From a virus (taxonomy: Duplodnaviria > Caudoviricetes), in IMG/VR virus record IMGVR_UViG_3300022891_000004, positions 1 to 48,260 of that record: a stretch of DNA of 48,260 nucleotides; one strand, given 5' to 3'. Below are positions 18,880 to 28,363 of the stretch, piece after piece. Numbering within the stretch: the stretch's first letter is position 1; each line of letters begins with the position of its first letter. The notes beneath the pieces were generated by a model, which did no database searches, was not told the origin of the DNA, and saw only the letters and a list, made by a program, of their open reading frames with translations. The position numbers were made by a program, and so were the translations under genes.

Positions 18880-21872
18880 TGGCCACGTGCTTAGATCTCG
18901 TCCGGGAGCAGATTAAAGACCTCACCGAGAAGGAGCTGGATGAGGTGCTTGAGCAGATGCGCGCAAAACAAGGCCGCCTCATTCTCGATGGCGCAGATCC
19001 CGCGACCGCCGCCGCTCAGGCCGGGATGGATCTCGCCAACACACTCAGGGCAGCCGCCTCCATTGAACGCCGTAATGCGGCTATCAATCTTCGTATTCGC
19101 ACCGAAGCGCTCGACTATCTACGCTCAACCTGGAGCGATGATCCGACCGAAGGCGTGCTTGCCCTGCTCTATGGCTCACCGAAGGCCCGTTTCGGCTCCC
19201 GGTCCTCGGCGAACGCTGCCCAGGATGCGCAGTTTCGGCGCCTGATGGGCGGGGTTGCCGGGGAGCTTGAGGCCAAGGGGCTCTTTGATCCCTTACGTCG
19301 CGGGGAGATGGATCGGGATGTCGCGCGGGCGATGTGGCACCTGGATAACCCCGAGCAATTCGCAAAGCTTCCTCAGCAGGCCCAGGACATCGCCACCACA
19401 CTCAGAAAGTGGCAGGAGGTTGCGCGCATCGAGGCGAATCGTCACGGGGCTTGGATTGGCAAGGAGCCCCATTACGTGGTGCGCCAGAGCCATCACCCGG
19501 ATCGCCTGGCGAGCGCAGGCTTTGAGCGCTGGAAGACGGACATCAAGCCGCAGTTAGACCTTGCACGCATGTTCCCGGACGGGCCTCCCAAGAACTTAGA
19601 TGATTGGCTACACGAGACCTGGCTCAACCTCACGACGGGCGTGCGCATCAAAGATGATGTGAGCGGGGAGCGCATGGCGGCGTTTAAAGGCCCTGGCAAT
19701 CTTGCAAAGAAAGTCTCACAGGAGCGGGTGCTGCATTTCACTTCCCCTGAGGGCTGGTTCGACTACAACACGCAGTACGGCTTCGGCAATATCCGCGAGG
19801 CCTATGTGCAGGGCCTGCATCGATCGGCCGAATCCACCGGTCTTATGCAGGTGCTGGGCACGAACCCCGAAGCGAACCTTGATTCGATCATCACCGCCAT
19901 GCGCGCGGAGCTGTCGCGCAAAGATCCGGAAAAACTCAAGGCGTTCGACAGATCGCGAGGTCGCTTTCAGAACGCCTACAAGGAAGTCTCGGGCTTTACC
20001 CGTCAGGTCGTAAGCCAGCGCATGGCGACGGTGGGCGCGGGCTTACGCGCCTTCAACACGCTCACGGGCTTGGGAGGCGCGGTTGTTTCCTCCGTGACCG
20101 ATATTCCCGTGCGCGCCTCGGCGCTGCGCTTCCAGGGTCAGTCATACTTCAGTGAGCTGACCAAAGGACTGGTCGCGCCGATCAAGCGCATCGTTTCAGG
20201 TGTGGGCACTGATGAGCGCAAGGCAACCCTATCAGCCTTGGGCTACTTCAACGAAGTCGCCATGGGAAACCTTGCAAGTCGCTTCTCTCCCGATGAGAAC
20301 CTTCCGGGCCGGATTCAAAAAGCCACGCACACGTTCTTCAAGTGGAACCTCTTGGGCGCCTGGACCGATGAGATGCGCCGCTCATCCCTTGAATCGATGG
20401 GACACTTCTTTGGGGGCCTGTCGGATCGGGAGTTTACGCAGCTCTCCGAGCGCACCCGGCGCACGCTCGAGCGCTTCAAGATCGGGGAGGCGGAGTGGGC
20501 GGCGATTCGCGGCGGACTCGTTGAGGAATCAAATGGTCAAAAATTCCTCACGCCAGAGGCTGTGAGACAGATAGACCGAAGCGCGTTCACCTCACTGTCA
20601 AAGGACCGTATTAATGCGGTTAAAGAGGGTCTTGTCGAGCGCTACAAAAAACGCCAGGCCATGGATGCGCGCGAGCGGGAATGGCGCGACAGGCGGGCCG
20701 AGAAGCTGAGAGATGACTTAGTCGCTGCCAGCGCACGCCTATCTAAGCGCATTGAGTCTATCGAGGGTCGCGGCTCAGATGAGTTGCGCTCGTTACAGAA
20801 AAAGCTATCTAGCCTTTATGATCATCTTGATACATCACGCGACTATTGGGATTCCATAGATGGGCGGCGTCCAATCGGACAATTGCGTCGCGCGGGCGTG
20901 ACGGAAGGCAAGGCCATCGAATCCAGCAAGGCGCTAAAGGCGGAGGCCAGACAGATTGGCCGGGACCTTGTGAGACTGAAGAAAGAGCTGAATGAAGACT
21001 TTATAGAAAGATGGGCCGAGCGCCAGGACGAGTTGGTTGACTTCTCAGAGCGGGGTCAAGCCCGGATTAAGCAACGAGCAGAGGAAACGGCGCGTGATCT
21101 GATGGGCCTTGATCCGAAAATCAATCGCATCCTCGAGGATACGCGCGAGGACATGGCCGCACGGCTTCAGACGTTGTATGCGGATGAGGTCAATTCGGCT
21201 GCGATCTCACCGGACGCGCGCTCCCTTGCGACCCTTCGTCAGGGAAGTCAGGCCGGCACGATCGTTGGAGAGGGCCTGCGTCTGTTCTGGCAGTTCAAAT
21301 CCTTCGGGATTGCGATCATGCAGCGCGGGCTCCTGCGCGAGTTCTACGGTTACGGAAAAGGCGCGGGGGGCAAGCTCGGGATGAGCGAGGTGCGTGGCCT
21401 TGCGACATTCATGGCAGGCTCCATCGGCTTTGGCTATCTCGCCATGACGCTCAAAGATCTGCTACGCGGCAAGGAGCCTAAGCCCCTGGATAATCCCAAG
21501 ACCTGGATGGCCGCGGCTGCACAAGGCGGTGGCTTTGGCATCTATGGGGATTTCCTCTTTGGTGAGGCGAATCGTTTCGGCGGCGGGTTCGTGCAGACGC
21601 TGGGAGGCCCGACCATAGGTAAAGCAGAAGAGATTTACTCGCTATGGAATGCCACCAAACGCGGCGATGACACGGGCGCGCAGGCGCTGAAGTTCGCGTA
21701 TCGAAACACGCCCTATCTAAACCTGTTTTACTTGCGCATGGCGACCGATTATCTGTTCTTGTATGAGATGCAAGAGGCGATGAATCCTGGATATCTTCGC
21801 CGCATGGAAAAGCGAACCAAAGAGCAATCCGGTCAAGAGTGGTGGCTCAAGCCCTCCGAGGTAGTGAATTAA
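18879..21872 (+). CDS. Large internal virion (ejection) protein
   Basis: ~1000 aa; RVLHF, GT..GE.LR.FWQFKSF, GGGFGIYGDFLF, NPGYLRRME motifs; ATG 18879 overlaps the upstream stop. Confidence 0.8.
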   Translation: MATCLDLVREQIKDLTEKELDEVLEQMRAKQGRLILDGADPATAAAQAGMDLANTLRAAASIERRNAAINLRIRTEALDYLRSTWSDDPTEGVLALLYGSPKARFGSRSSANAAQDAQFRRLMGGVAGELEAKGLFDPLRRGEMDRDVARAMWHLDNPEQFAKLPQQAQDIATTLRKWQEVARIEANRHGAWIGKEPHYVVRQSHHPDRLASAGFERWKTDIKPQLDLARMFPDGPPKNLDDWLHETWLNLTTGVRIKDDVSGERMAAFKGPGNLAKKVSQERVLHFTSPEGWFDYNTQYGFGNIREAYVQGLHRSAESTGLMQVLGTNPEANLDSIITAMRAELSRKDPEKLKAFDRSRGRFQNAYKEVSGFTRQVVSQRMATVGAGLRAFNTLTGLGGAVVSSVTDIPVRASALRFQGQSYFSELTKGLVAPIKRIVSGVGTDERKATLSALGYFNEVAMGNLASRFSPDENLPGRIQKATHTFFKWNLLGAWTDEMRRSSLESMGHFFGGLSDREFTQLSERTRRTLERFKIGEAEWAAIRGGLVEESNGQKFLTPEAVRQIDRSAFTSLSKDRINAVKEGLVERYKKRQAMDAREREWRDRRAEKLRDDLVAASARLSKRIESIEGRGSDELRSLQKKLSSLYDHLDTSRDYWDSIDGRRPIGQLRRAGVTEGKAIESSKALKAEARQIGRDLVRLKKELNEDFIERWAERQDELVDFSERGQARIKQRAEETARDLMGLDPKINRILEDTREDMAARLQTLYADEVNSAAISPDARSLATLRQGSQAGTIVGEGLRLFWQFKSFGIAIMQRGLLREFYGYGKGAGGKLGMSEVRGLATFMAGSIGFGYLAMTLKDLLRGKEPKPLDNPKTWMAAAAQGGGFGIYGDFLFGEANRFGGGFVQTLGGPTIGKAEEIYSLWNATKRGDDTGAQALKFAYRNTPYLNLFYLRMATDYLFLYEMQEAMNPGYLRRMEKRTKEQSGQEWWLKPSEVVN

Positions 21873-24230
21873 ATGACGGTCCTCACGAATGACACGGTCG
21901 AGCGCTATACGATTTCCGGAGTCGGTCCGTATCCCTTCAATTTCAGAATCTTTGCCGAGAGCAATATCGCGGCAAGCGTGCTCAGTGCTGCAAGCCTTCC
22001 CGTAGCGACGCTGCTTTCCTACCCCGGTGACTACACAGTAGTCGTCTCGAATGTCGCAACTGGCGGCACCGTCACTCTCACGCCGGGTGTGGCGGCAACG
22101 TACGCAGGCTACACGCTCGACATCCGCTCGAACACGACGATTAATCAGCCGACCAGCATTCGCAATATTGGCCGTTTCTTGCCTGAGATCCACGAGGATG
22201 CGTTCGATAATCTGTCACGACAGATTCAGGATCTTGCGCGCAAGGTACGCGCCTCGTTTCGCTATCCGGATAACGTGCTCACGGATGGCACGCTCACCCC
22301 GCTGGAAGCCTGGGCTTCGAAGTATATAGCGATCAGCGCCGCAGGCGTCCTGGAGCCGGCTTTGCTGTCCTCATCCACGCTCACCCCTTCGGTGATCACC
22401 GCACTGCTTGCAAGCTCTCCTGCCGAGCAGACGGCCATTGTGGCGCTGCTGGTTGGGGATATTGCCGCGACCTCAACCTCCCAGGCGCTGCTGTCCTCGC
22501 TTGCATTAACAGAGGCGGAGAGCTTCTACCCGGGGAAGGTGGTCAATTACTCTTATGAGGGCGGCAATGTTCTGCGCTATGGCGCAGACCCCACGGGTGT
22601 CCTGGATTCCTCTGATGCGATCCAGGATGCGATTAATATGGGGTGGGCGGCCGGCTTCTTTAACACTCCGTGGTCGGGCATGGGTGGGGCTTTCCCCGTC
22701 ATCATCTTCCCGCCGGGCCGCTACCGGATTACGAAATCACTCATCGTTCCGACCGGTGTGACACTGAGAGGCACGGGACAGCCTAGCCATACGACCAGTC
22801 ACACCCGCATCATCATGGACTCGACGACCTACTCCCCGCCTGATGGCGCCGGAGACAACCGCAACAAGCCTATTTTAAAATTCAACCGCTGGACGTACAA
22901 CAACGCGGCTGAGATGAACTCAGTAATAACCTCATCGATTCAGGAGCTGGAGTTCTGGTATGTCACCCCCGGTGGCACGTTCAATCTGCCGCATTCGACC
23001 GGCTTCACATTCGGTGACTATCCGGACGGCGGCACGATCTGCTTTGATGTAGACGCGGGTGATTTCAGAGTCATCAACTGTGTCTTTCAGCACGGTCCTG
23101 CGGCGGTACGCATCAAGAATGTTTCGCTTACGCCCGCCACCCGAGGTGATGGGCATACCGGAAACCGCGGTGTGGGTGTGTTCTTCGAGGGCTGCGAGTT
23201 TGATGCGTCGACCTCATCTCACATCTACGCTACAAATTCGTACTGCTATCTCGTTTTCAAGAACTGCCAATTCTATAGCGGTCAGCACCGGTATGAGGGC
23301 TGCACGGGAAAGCTCGTGTATCTCGGGGGCAATTGGCAAGGCGGGGCCTACATCAATGCAGAGACCGTGGGCAACACGTTTGATGCCGTGATTGTTAAAG
23401 GGGCTGAGGTCGAGCCGCCCTCGAACGCGCCCTGGATCTCTCTATCCAAATCAACTCTCGTTGATATCTCAGAGAACACGATTAACACAGCTGCCACTCG
23501 TGGTGGCATCCAGGTCTGGGATGCCGATGGCGGTCGCATTTGCGATAACCTTCTGCATGATCAGGGCTTCAATGCGCCGGCCGGAACCGGGATCAGTGAT
23601 TTTTCTGCCGCGATCAAAGGCCGTGGCTTGCGTAACGTCCTCGTGAGCGGCAACAGCATCACCTGTTCTGGGCTCGCCTCATACAACGGATTCGGCATTC
23701 TGCTGGGTGATTCCGCGCGCGCCTCGCAAACCAATTTCGTTAACAACAATGCGGTGACGGTGCCTTTCAATGCCGCGACGTACTTAGGCCAATCTCGCTA
23801 CATCAACGTCGCGGCGGGCGATGTGATCGGCATTAACTATGTGTCGTATGACACCGTGAACGCCTCGATCATCGGCAGTGGGCTGTGGGCCCGCAAACGA
23901 TTCAGTGGCGTCGTAACCGTGCCCACGTACGGCACGACCATCACGATAGATTCATCGCTTGGAAACAAATTTGACATCCTTGTTACCAATGCGGTCGGCT
24001 TTACGGTCTCAAGCCCCATCAATACGGTATCGGGCGCCGTCCAGCGCATCACGATCAGCGTCTTCAATAGCTCGGGCGGGGTGATGGGCGCGATCACCTG
24101 GGGGGCGGGCTATAAGCTTGCCGCCTGGACCAATCCCGCCAATGGCTTTAACCGCTCAATCGACTTTGAATTCGATGGGTCAACCACCTGGCGCGAGGTG
24201 TCCCGCACACCCGCCGACGTACCTAACTGA
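21873..24230 (+). CDS. Tail fibre/tailspike with pectate-lyase-like beta-helix
   Basis: T7-like N-terminal anchor (PYPFNFRIF...FLPEIHEDAFDNL); NVLRYGADPTGVLDSSDAIQDAI...FPPGRYRI; parallel beta-helix repeats. Confidence 0.9.
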   Translation: MTVLTNDTVERYTISGVGPYPFNFRIFAESNIAASVLSAASLPVATLLSYPGDYTVVVSNVATGGTVTLTPGVAATYAGYTLDIRSNTTINQPTSIRNIGRFLPEIHEDAFDNLSRQIQDLARKVRASFRYPDNVLTDGTLTPLEAWASKYIAISAAGVLEPALLSSSTLTPSVITALLASSPAEQTAIVALLVGDIAATSTSQALLSSLALTEAESFYPGKVVNYSYEGGNVLRYGADPTGVLDSSDAIQDAINMGWAAGFFNTPWSGMGGAFPVIIFPPGRYRITKSLIVPTGVTLRGTGQPSHTTSHTRIIMDSTTYSPPDGAGDNRNKPILKFNRWTYNNAAEMNSVITSSIQELEFWYVTPGGTFNLPHSTGFTFGDYPDGGTICFDVDAGDFRVINCVFQHGPAAVRIKNVSLTPATRGDGHTGNRGVGVFFEGCEFDASTSSHIYATNSYCYLVFKNCQFYSGQHRYEGCTGKLVYLGGNWQGGAYINAETVGNTFDAVIVKGAEVEPPSNAPWISLSKSTLVDISENTINTAATRGGIQVWDADGGRICDNLLHDQGFNAPAGTGISDFSAAIKGRGLRNVLVSGNSITCSGLASYNGFGILLGDSARASQTNFVNNNAVTVPFNAATYLGQSRYINVAAGDVIGINYVSYDTVNASIIGSGLWARKRFSGVVTVPTYGTTITIDSSLGNKFDILVTNAVGFTVSSPINTVSGAVQRITISVFNSSGGVMGAITWGAGYKLAAWTNPANGFNRSIDFEFDGSTTWREVSRTPADVPN

Positions 24231-24574
24231 TGGACTTTGATCCCAAGGCGGTGCTCGGTTGGATCATCGGAATGGCGAGCACGGCCATTATTGGATGGAT
24301 TGGGATCATCCGGCGAATCGACAGCAAGATATCTCGAGAGGAATTCACCACGAATATTGAGCGGCGTGACTCGCGCGTACGGGATGACCTGAAAGAGATC
24401 CTGTATAAGCTCGATCAGCAGAACAGCACGATGCTTCAAAAGTTTGATCAGCAAGATGATCTAAGTGCCGAGTGGCGCACGCTCACGGCTGATAAGATGC
24501 AGAAGATCTCTGAAGAGCTTGCCGTAATCAAAGACCGCGATAGCCGGAAACGTGACTCCAGGCATGACACCTGA
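24230..24574 (+). CDS. Membrane protein (N-terminal TM + coiled coil), lysis cluster
   Basis: AVLGWIIGMASTAIIGWIGII TM segment. Confidence 0.6.
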   Translation: MDFDPKAVLGWIIGMASTAIIGWIGIIRRIDSKISREEFTTNIERRDSRVRDDLKEILYKLDQQNSTMLQKFDQQDDLSAEWRTLTADKMQKISEELAVIKDRDSRKRDSRHDT

Positions 24575-24597
24575 ACGCATTAGCGTATTGAGTCGAT

Positions 24598-25107
24598 GTG
24601 ACTCAAGATCATGAGGGTCCGCGTGTTGATCTGATCGGAGTGCCCCGAGGTGTCGCTGTCTCTTTAGTGGAAACACTTAAAGGTGACGCTGACATCTCAC
24701 ACGCGAAAGCCGCAAAACTAGAAAAAGAAGGCAGTCCTGAGATTGCCCAGGAACTGCGCATGCTAGCCGATGAGAAGCATCAATACGCCGAGTGCGTGAA
24801 AGCACAGCTTCGTGGCGAGCGACGGGTTTCCCATATACACAATAGCGGCGCGCATACGGACCAACGTCATGCCTCCGGCAACTCCAGCATAACGCAGGTG
24901 GAAAGCTCCAAGCTTCTGCCGTGGCTGATGCTGACCTGTCTGCTCTCAGGCCTCTCCATTGCACTATCTATATTCGCTATCATCCGGTCCAACGACAGCA
25001 TGACGTTGAGTCTACTGCTGCGTGAGGATGTCCGAATCTTCGACCATGCTTTGACCAAGCATGGGATTAACACCGATGAGCATGCATCAGAGAAAGGAGA
25101 GGAATAA
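24598..25107 (+). CDS. Hypothetical membrane protein
   Basis: LLPWLMLTCLLSGLSIALSIFAII TM; start uncertain. Confidence 0.55.
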   Translation: MTQDHEGPRVDLIGVPRGVAVSLVETLKGDADISHAKAAKLEKEGSPEIAQELRMLADEKHQYAECVKAQLRGERRVSHIHNSGAHTDQRHASGNSSITQVESSKLLPWLMLTCLLSGLSIALSIFAIIRSNDSMTLSLLLREDVRIFDHALTKHGINTDEHASEKGEE

Positions 25108-25293
25108 ATGAGTCACAGAATTGTTATCGCCCGACAGGTTAAAGAGGCCTTTCAGGACCAGAGCGTGCGCGCCGAGATGACCCCGCAGCAATGCACGAAG
25201 GTCGATGAGATCCTGCAATCCGAGGAACCCTCACCGTCTGAGTTTCGGGAGCTGACGCATCGATTAAATCGGGTGTACTGCAAAGAGGATTGA
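25108..25293 (+). CDS. Hypothetical protein
   Basis: SD GGAGAGG; abuts the upstream stop. Confidence 0.55.
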   Translation: MSHRIVIARQVKEAFQDQSVRAEMTPQQCTKVDEILQSEEPSPSEFRELTHRLNRVYCKED

Positions 25294-25311
25294 TCACATC
25301 TTTGTGATCAA
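25290..25311. promoter_or_regulatory. 22-bp inverted repeat upstream of the endolysin
   Basis: TTGATCACA-tctt-TGTGATCAA. Confidence 0.45.
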
Positions 25312-25342
25312 ATGGGCTCAATCGATAAACTCTATATAGCTT

Positions 25343-25777
25343 ATGGAAACTCTCGGACAGAAACGTGATCGATTCACCCGTGCCCTTGCGGAGTGGATTC
25401 TGGCTGTAAACAAGCTACCGGGGCATACCTTGCGACTGTGCGAGGCGCTGAGGTCCGATGAGCAGTCCGAGATCAACGCTATAGGGAATGAGGGTCGAAA
25501 GGCCCTCGTTTCCTATCTGATGCCCGCCTATCCCGAGCTTGCCAAGCGCATCGCGAACAACACCGGCTCCGGGATACGCACCTCGTTGCATGGGGATGGC
25601 CTTGCGGCTGACCTGCAATTATTCGTAGAGGGCAAATGGATCAGCAATGGCAATGACCCACATTGGGTTAAGGTGGGTGAGATGTGGGAAGCGATGGGTC
25701 CGGATCACAAATGGGGCGGAAATTTTCCTAAGCCTGATGGGAATCATGTGTCTATACAGCATGAAGGTCGTTCCTAA
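25343..25777 (+). CDS. Endolysin, M15-family Zn peptidase
   Basis: EALRS..Q...SLHGDGLAADL...WGGNF..PDGNHVS. Confidence 0.88.
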   Translation: METLGQKRDRFTRALAEWILAVNKLPGHTLRLCEALRSDEQSEINAIGNEGRKALVSYLMPAYPELAKRIANNTGSGIRTSLHGDGLAADLQLFVEGKWISNGNDPHWVKVGEMWEAMGPDHKWGGNFPKPDGNHVSIQHEGRS

Positions 25778-26157
25778 TGCCACTTCGCGCAGATGGCTAT
25801 CGAGTGATCTCAAGTCGGTTGGAGCATGTTGTTATTGCCGAGCGTGCGTTAGGTCGCGCGCTTCCAAAGGGAAGCTGCGTTCATCATGTAAATCATGATC
25901 GAAGCGACAACCGGAACGAGAACTTAGTTATCTGCCCAAGCCAAGCCTATCACTCGCTACTGCATCTTCGCGAGCGCGCCTTAGATGCATGCGGCGATGC
26001 GAATAAGCGCGCTTGCGTGTATTGCAAGCAATGGGACGATGCGCAGAATATGGCGATGCGTGATAAAGGTCGCAAGGGGATTCACTGGCGACACCGAGCG
26101 TGTCATGCCGCTGCCGAGATGCGCCGGAAAGTCATCGAGCATGAGGGGCGAAAGTAG
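25777..26157 (+). CDS. HNH endonuclease
   Basis: EHVVIAERALGRALP...VHHVNHDRSDNRNENLVIC...H..LH. Confidence 0.88.
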   Translation: MPLRADGYRVISSRLEHVVIAERALGRALPKGSCVHHVNHDRSDNRNENLVICPSQAYHSLLHLRERALDACGDANKRACVYCKQWDDAQNMAMRDKGRKGIHWRHRACHAAAEMRRKVIEHEGRK

Positions 26158-26159
26158 AA

Positions 26160-26666
26160 GTGCCCATGCCAGCAAGACAACCGCAGAACGGGAGCGACCA
26201 TAGACCCGATCCGGATCCAACCCGCCTCACTACGGAGCAGTTGCAGCGTGAGTTAAGTGCGCTTGAAAGGCTCATGAACATGCGCATGGATGGCATGGAG
26301 AACGCGGTGAAGATCCGTTTCTCAGAGCGCGACTTACGGTTCATTCAAGCCGCCAATGACAGCAAGGATGCACTCGCGATGGCGCGCGAGGCTGCGGCGT
26401 CTGCGATTAGCAAGCAGGAAGAGGCATTTAACAAAAGATTCGACATTGCCGATGCATCACGCGCAATGCTCGATGAGCGCATTCGGCTCATGATGCCGCG
26501 CTCTGAATCAGAGGCGCGCCACAAATCTCATGAGGATCACGCCGCGATGCTCACCAAGCAGATTGAAGCTCGAGAAGAGCGCGGGAAAGGAATGAGTCAC
26601 ACTTGGGGGATATTAGTTGGCGCTGCAGGGCTAATAGCGCTTATTGTAGGGTTTTTCCTCAAATAA
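26160..26666 (+). CDS. Coiled-coil protein with C-terminal TM (lysis cluster)
   Basis: Heptad-rich body; WGILVGAAGLIALIVGFFLK. Confidence 0.65.
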   Translation: MPMPARQPQNGSDHRPDPDPTRLTTEQLQRELSALERLMNMRMDGMENAVKIRFSERDLRFIQAANDSKDALAMAREAAASAISKQEEAFNKRFDIADASRAMLDERIRLMMPRSESEARHKSHEDHAAMLTKQIEAREERGKGMSHTWGILVGAAGLIALIVGFFLK

Positions 26667-26679
26667 GCTGAGAAACCCT

Positions 26680-26868
26680 ATGGCTGATACAAACAACGTC
26701 CCCAACCGGAAAGTCGTCATAGGAGCCGCGGCCGGCGCTCTCATGACCATCGTCGCCTGGTGTACCAAAGCCTTTAGCGGGGTGGAGATCCCGGCAGAGG
26801 TGGCTTTGGCAGGTAGCACGATCATCGTATTTTTTCTGCAATATTTCGTTCCTAACGCAGAGGTCTAA
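26680..26868 (+). CDS. Putative holin (2 TM)
   Basis: 62 aa with two hydrophobic helices, near the endolysin. Confidence 0.6.
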   Translation: MADTNNVPNRKVVIGAAAGALMTIVAWCTKAFSGVEIPAEVALAGSTIIVFFLQYFVPNAEV

Positions 26869-26870
26869 TC

Positions 26871-27209
26871 GTGAAGACTCACTTTGCTTGTGCCTTCCTG
26901 CTTCTGCTCACCGCCTGCGCATCACTCGGCATCGAGCCAGCCAACTCCTTTGGCGATCGGTTGGCCTATGCCTATGGGACGTATGCGGCCGTCAACACCG
27001 CTGCCGCAAGCTCGCTCGATGCCAAGACCATCACGGCGGAGGATGCCCAGAGCATCCAGAAGATCGCAGGCCAGGCGCGCAGCCTGCTTGATGGCGCGAA
27101 GCTTGCGGCCGACGGAGGGGACCTTGAGAGCGCCAATTCTCGCCTCACCGCGGCGACGGCGATCCTGACCCAGCTCCAAACTTATCTGCGAAATCGAGGT
27201 GCGAAATGA
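26871..27209 (+). CDS. Lipoprotein (possible spanin-type lysis component)
   Basis: Signal peptide with lipobox LLTA-C. Confidence 0.65.
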   Translation: MKTHFACAFLLLLTACASLGIEPANSFGDRLAYAYGTYAAVNTAAASSLDAKTITAEDAQSIQKIAGQARSLLDGAKLAADGGDLESANSRLTAATAILTQLQTYLRNRGAK

Positions 27210-27406
27210 GTGTCGATCTCGCCATTACCCTCTTGCTGTCCCTGATGTCGCACGCAAGCGAGATATCGAGCCTCATCGCCAAAGCGCGCGCCGAGGGGCG
27301 TGACACGCTCTCGAAGGACGAGTGGGATCAGATCCTCAATTCTGCGGACGCCTCTGAGGCGGTCTTAGCGGAGGCCATAGAGCGCGCCAAGCAGGAGGGC
27401 CGATGA
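27206..27406 (+). CDS. Hypothetical protein
   Basis: ATGA overlap, SD GAGG. Confidence 0.6.
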   Translation: MSVDLAITLLLSLMSHASEISSLIAKARAEGRDTLSKDEWDQILNSADASEAVLAEAIERAKQEGR

Positions 27407-27540
27407 TCGCCACCATCCTGATTGTGGCGGCTCTGGTGCTCTTCATCCTGGCTGCCATTGGCGTGCCCGCGAGCCGTTACAACCTCGTTGCCGCAGGGCT
27501 TGCGTGTCTCACGGGAGCGTGGCTCCTGGGCCATGTCTAG
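27403..27540 (+). CDS. Small 2-TM membrane protein (45 aa)
   Basis: MIATILIVAALVLFILAAIGVPASRYNLVAAGLACLTGAWLLGHV; SD GGAGG; read manually. Confidence 0.65.
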   Translation: MIATILIVAALVLFILAAIGVPASRYNLVAAGLACLTGAWLLGHV

Positions 27541-27587
27541 GCACACCGCGTGCTGCTCCCCCGTGTCTTTAACGCAGGAGCCTCAAA

Positions 27588-27689
27588 ATGGTTAATCAAC
27601 CGACGCAGCCCGGCCAACCTCAGCCGAAACCCGGTGACCCGAATTTCCCCGGCGATCGGCCGGATCAGGACAAAGACAAGAATCGATAA
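27588..27689 (+). CDS. Pro-rich 33-aa peptide
   Basis: AGGAG 7 nt before ATG; MVNQPTQPGQPQPKPGDPNFPGDRPDQDKDKNR. Confidence 0.55.
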   Translation: MVNQPTQPGQPQPKPGDPNFPGDRPDQDKDKNR

Positions 27690-27695
27690 GATTCA

Positions 27696-27717
27696 TGGGG
27701 GCCAAGGATGGCCCCCA
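27696..27717. terminator. GC-rich hairpin at the convergence of late and early operons
   Basis: TGGGGGCCA-agga-TGGCCCCCA; lacks a clear U-tract. Confidence 0.5.
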
Positions 27718-27844
27718 GCTCTTATCAGAGCAGAAACCAAATAACTAGCGCTGGTATCCAAGCAAGAATGTAGCAGCACGCCATTTGAGCGACGTCTTTC
27801 CAGTCTGGTTCATTCCACCCGTCTGTCATAGACCCTCTCCGACG

Positions 27845-28072
27845 CTACGATGTGCATTGCCAATGCACGCAACCAAACTTCGGACCTACCTCAATCATCC
27901 ATCCTTCGTCGTTCTCCAATAGCGCATCGCTAGGCGAGAGGTCATCGGTGATGAAATAGCCAGGACGCCAGTGCGGTGACCCACAGTCACCAATGACAGT
28001 CCCATCTGGTAAGAGCGCGTCTCTGTGCCTTTTAGTTCGACTCCAAAATCGGCAACTGTCGCAGGTATTCAC
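27845..28072 (-). CDS. Cys-rich hypothetical protein
   Basis: CDSCRFW...C...FGCVHW. Confidence 0.6.
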   Translation of the reverse strand: MNTCDSCRFWSRTKRHRDALLPDGTVIGDCGSPHWRPGYFITDDLSPSDALLENDEGWMIEVGPKFGCVHWQCTS

Positions 28073-28125
28073 AGACTCTCTCCTGGACGCGCCGCTGGAT
28101 CTATCTGTGTACGTTCAATCATGGC

Positions 28126-28347
28126 TTAGTGTCCTATAGCAGCTTTTTCTTTTTTCAACTCATCAAGCCAAGCATTGAATGCCTTGTAGGCGTTGCTACT
28201 AGTCCCAGGTTGCTTACTCAGCTCCTTACCGCTTTTGTCGGTAAACCAAGGCCCGAACATTTCGCTAAAGTCCCAATAGAACGTTTTGCCGTTCACCTCT
28301 CCACATCCAGAGGCTGTGTGAAACGAGCAGAGATGGAAAGCGCTCAT
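28126..28347 (-). CDS. Hypothetical protein
   Basis: ORF in the leftward operon. Confidence 0.55.
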   Translation of the reverse strand: MSAFHLCSFHTASGCGEVNGKTFYWDFSEMFGPWFTDKSGKELSKQPGTSSNAYKAFNAWLDELKKEKAAIGH

Positions 28348-28363
28348 TGACTACCGTCCACGG

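Noticed and set aside
21873-24230. BPP-1-type diversity-generating retroelement
   Set aside because: No reverse transcriptase or avd ORF, and no TR/VR pair differing at adenines was seen
394-24454. Many antisense and alternative-frame ORFs in the structural region
   Set aside because: Shadow ORFs expected in GC-rich coding DNA; no motifs; they overlap well-supported genes
11360-25110. Stop-codon reassignment suggested by TAA-ATG abutments
   Set aside because: Core genes are full length under the standard code, and all three stop codons end genes normally
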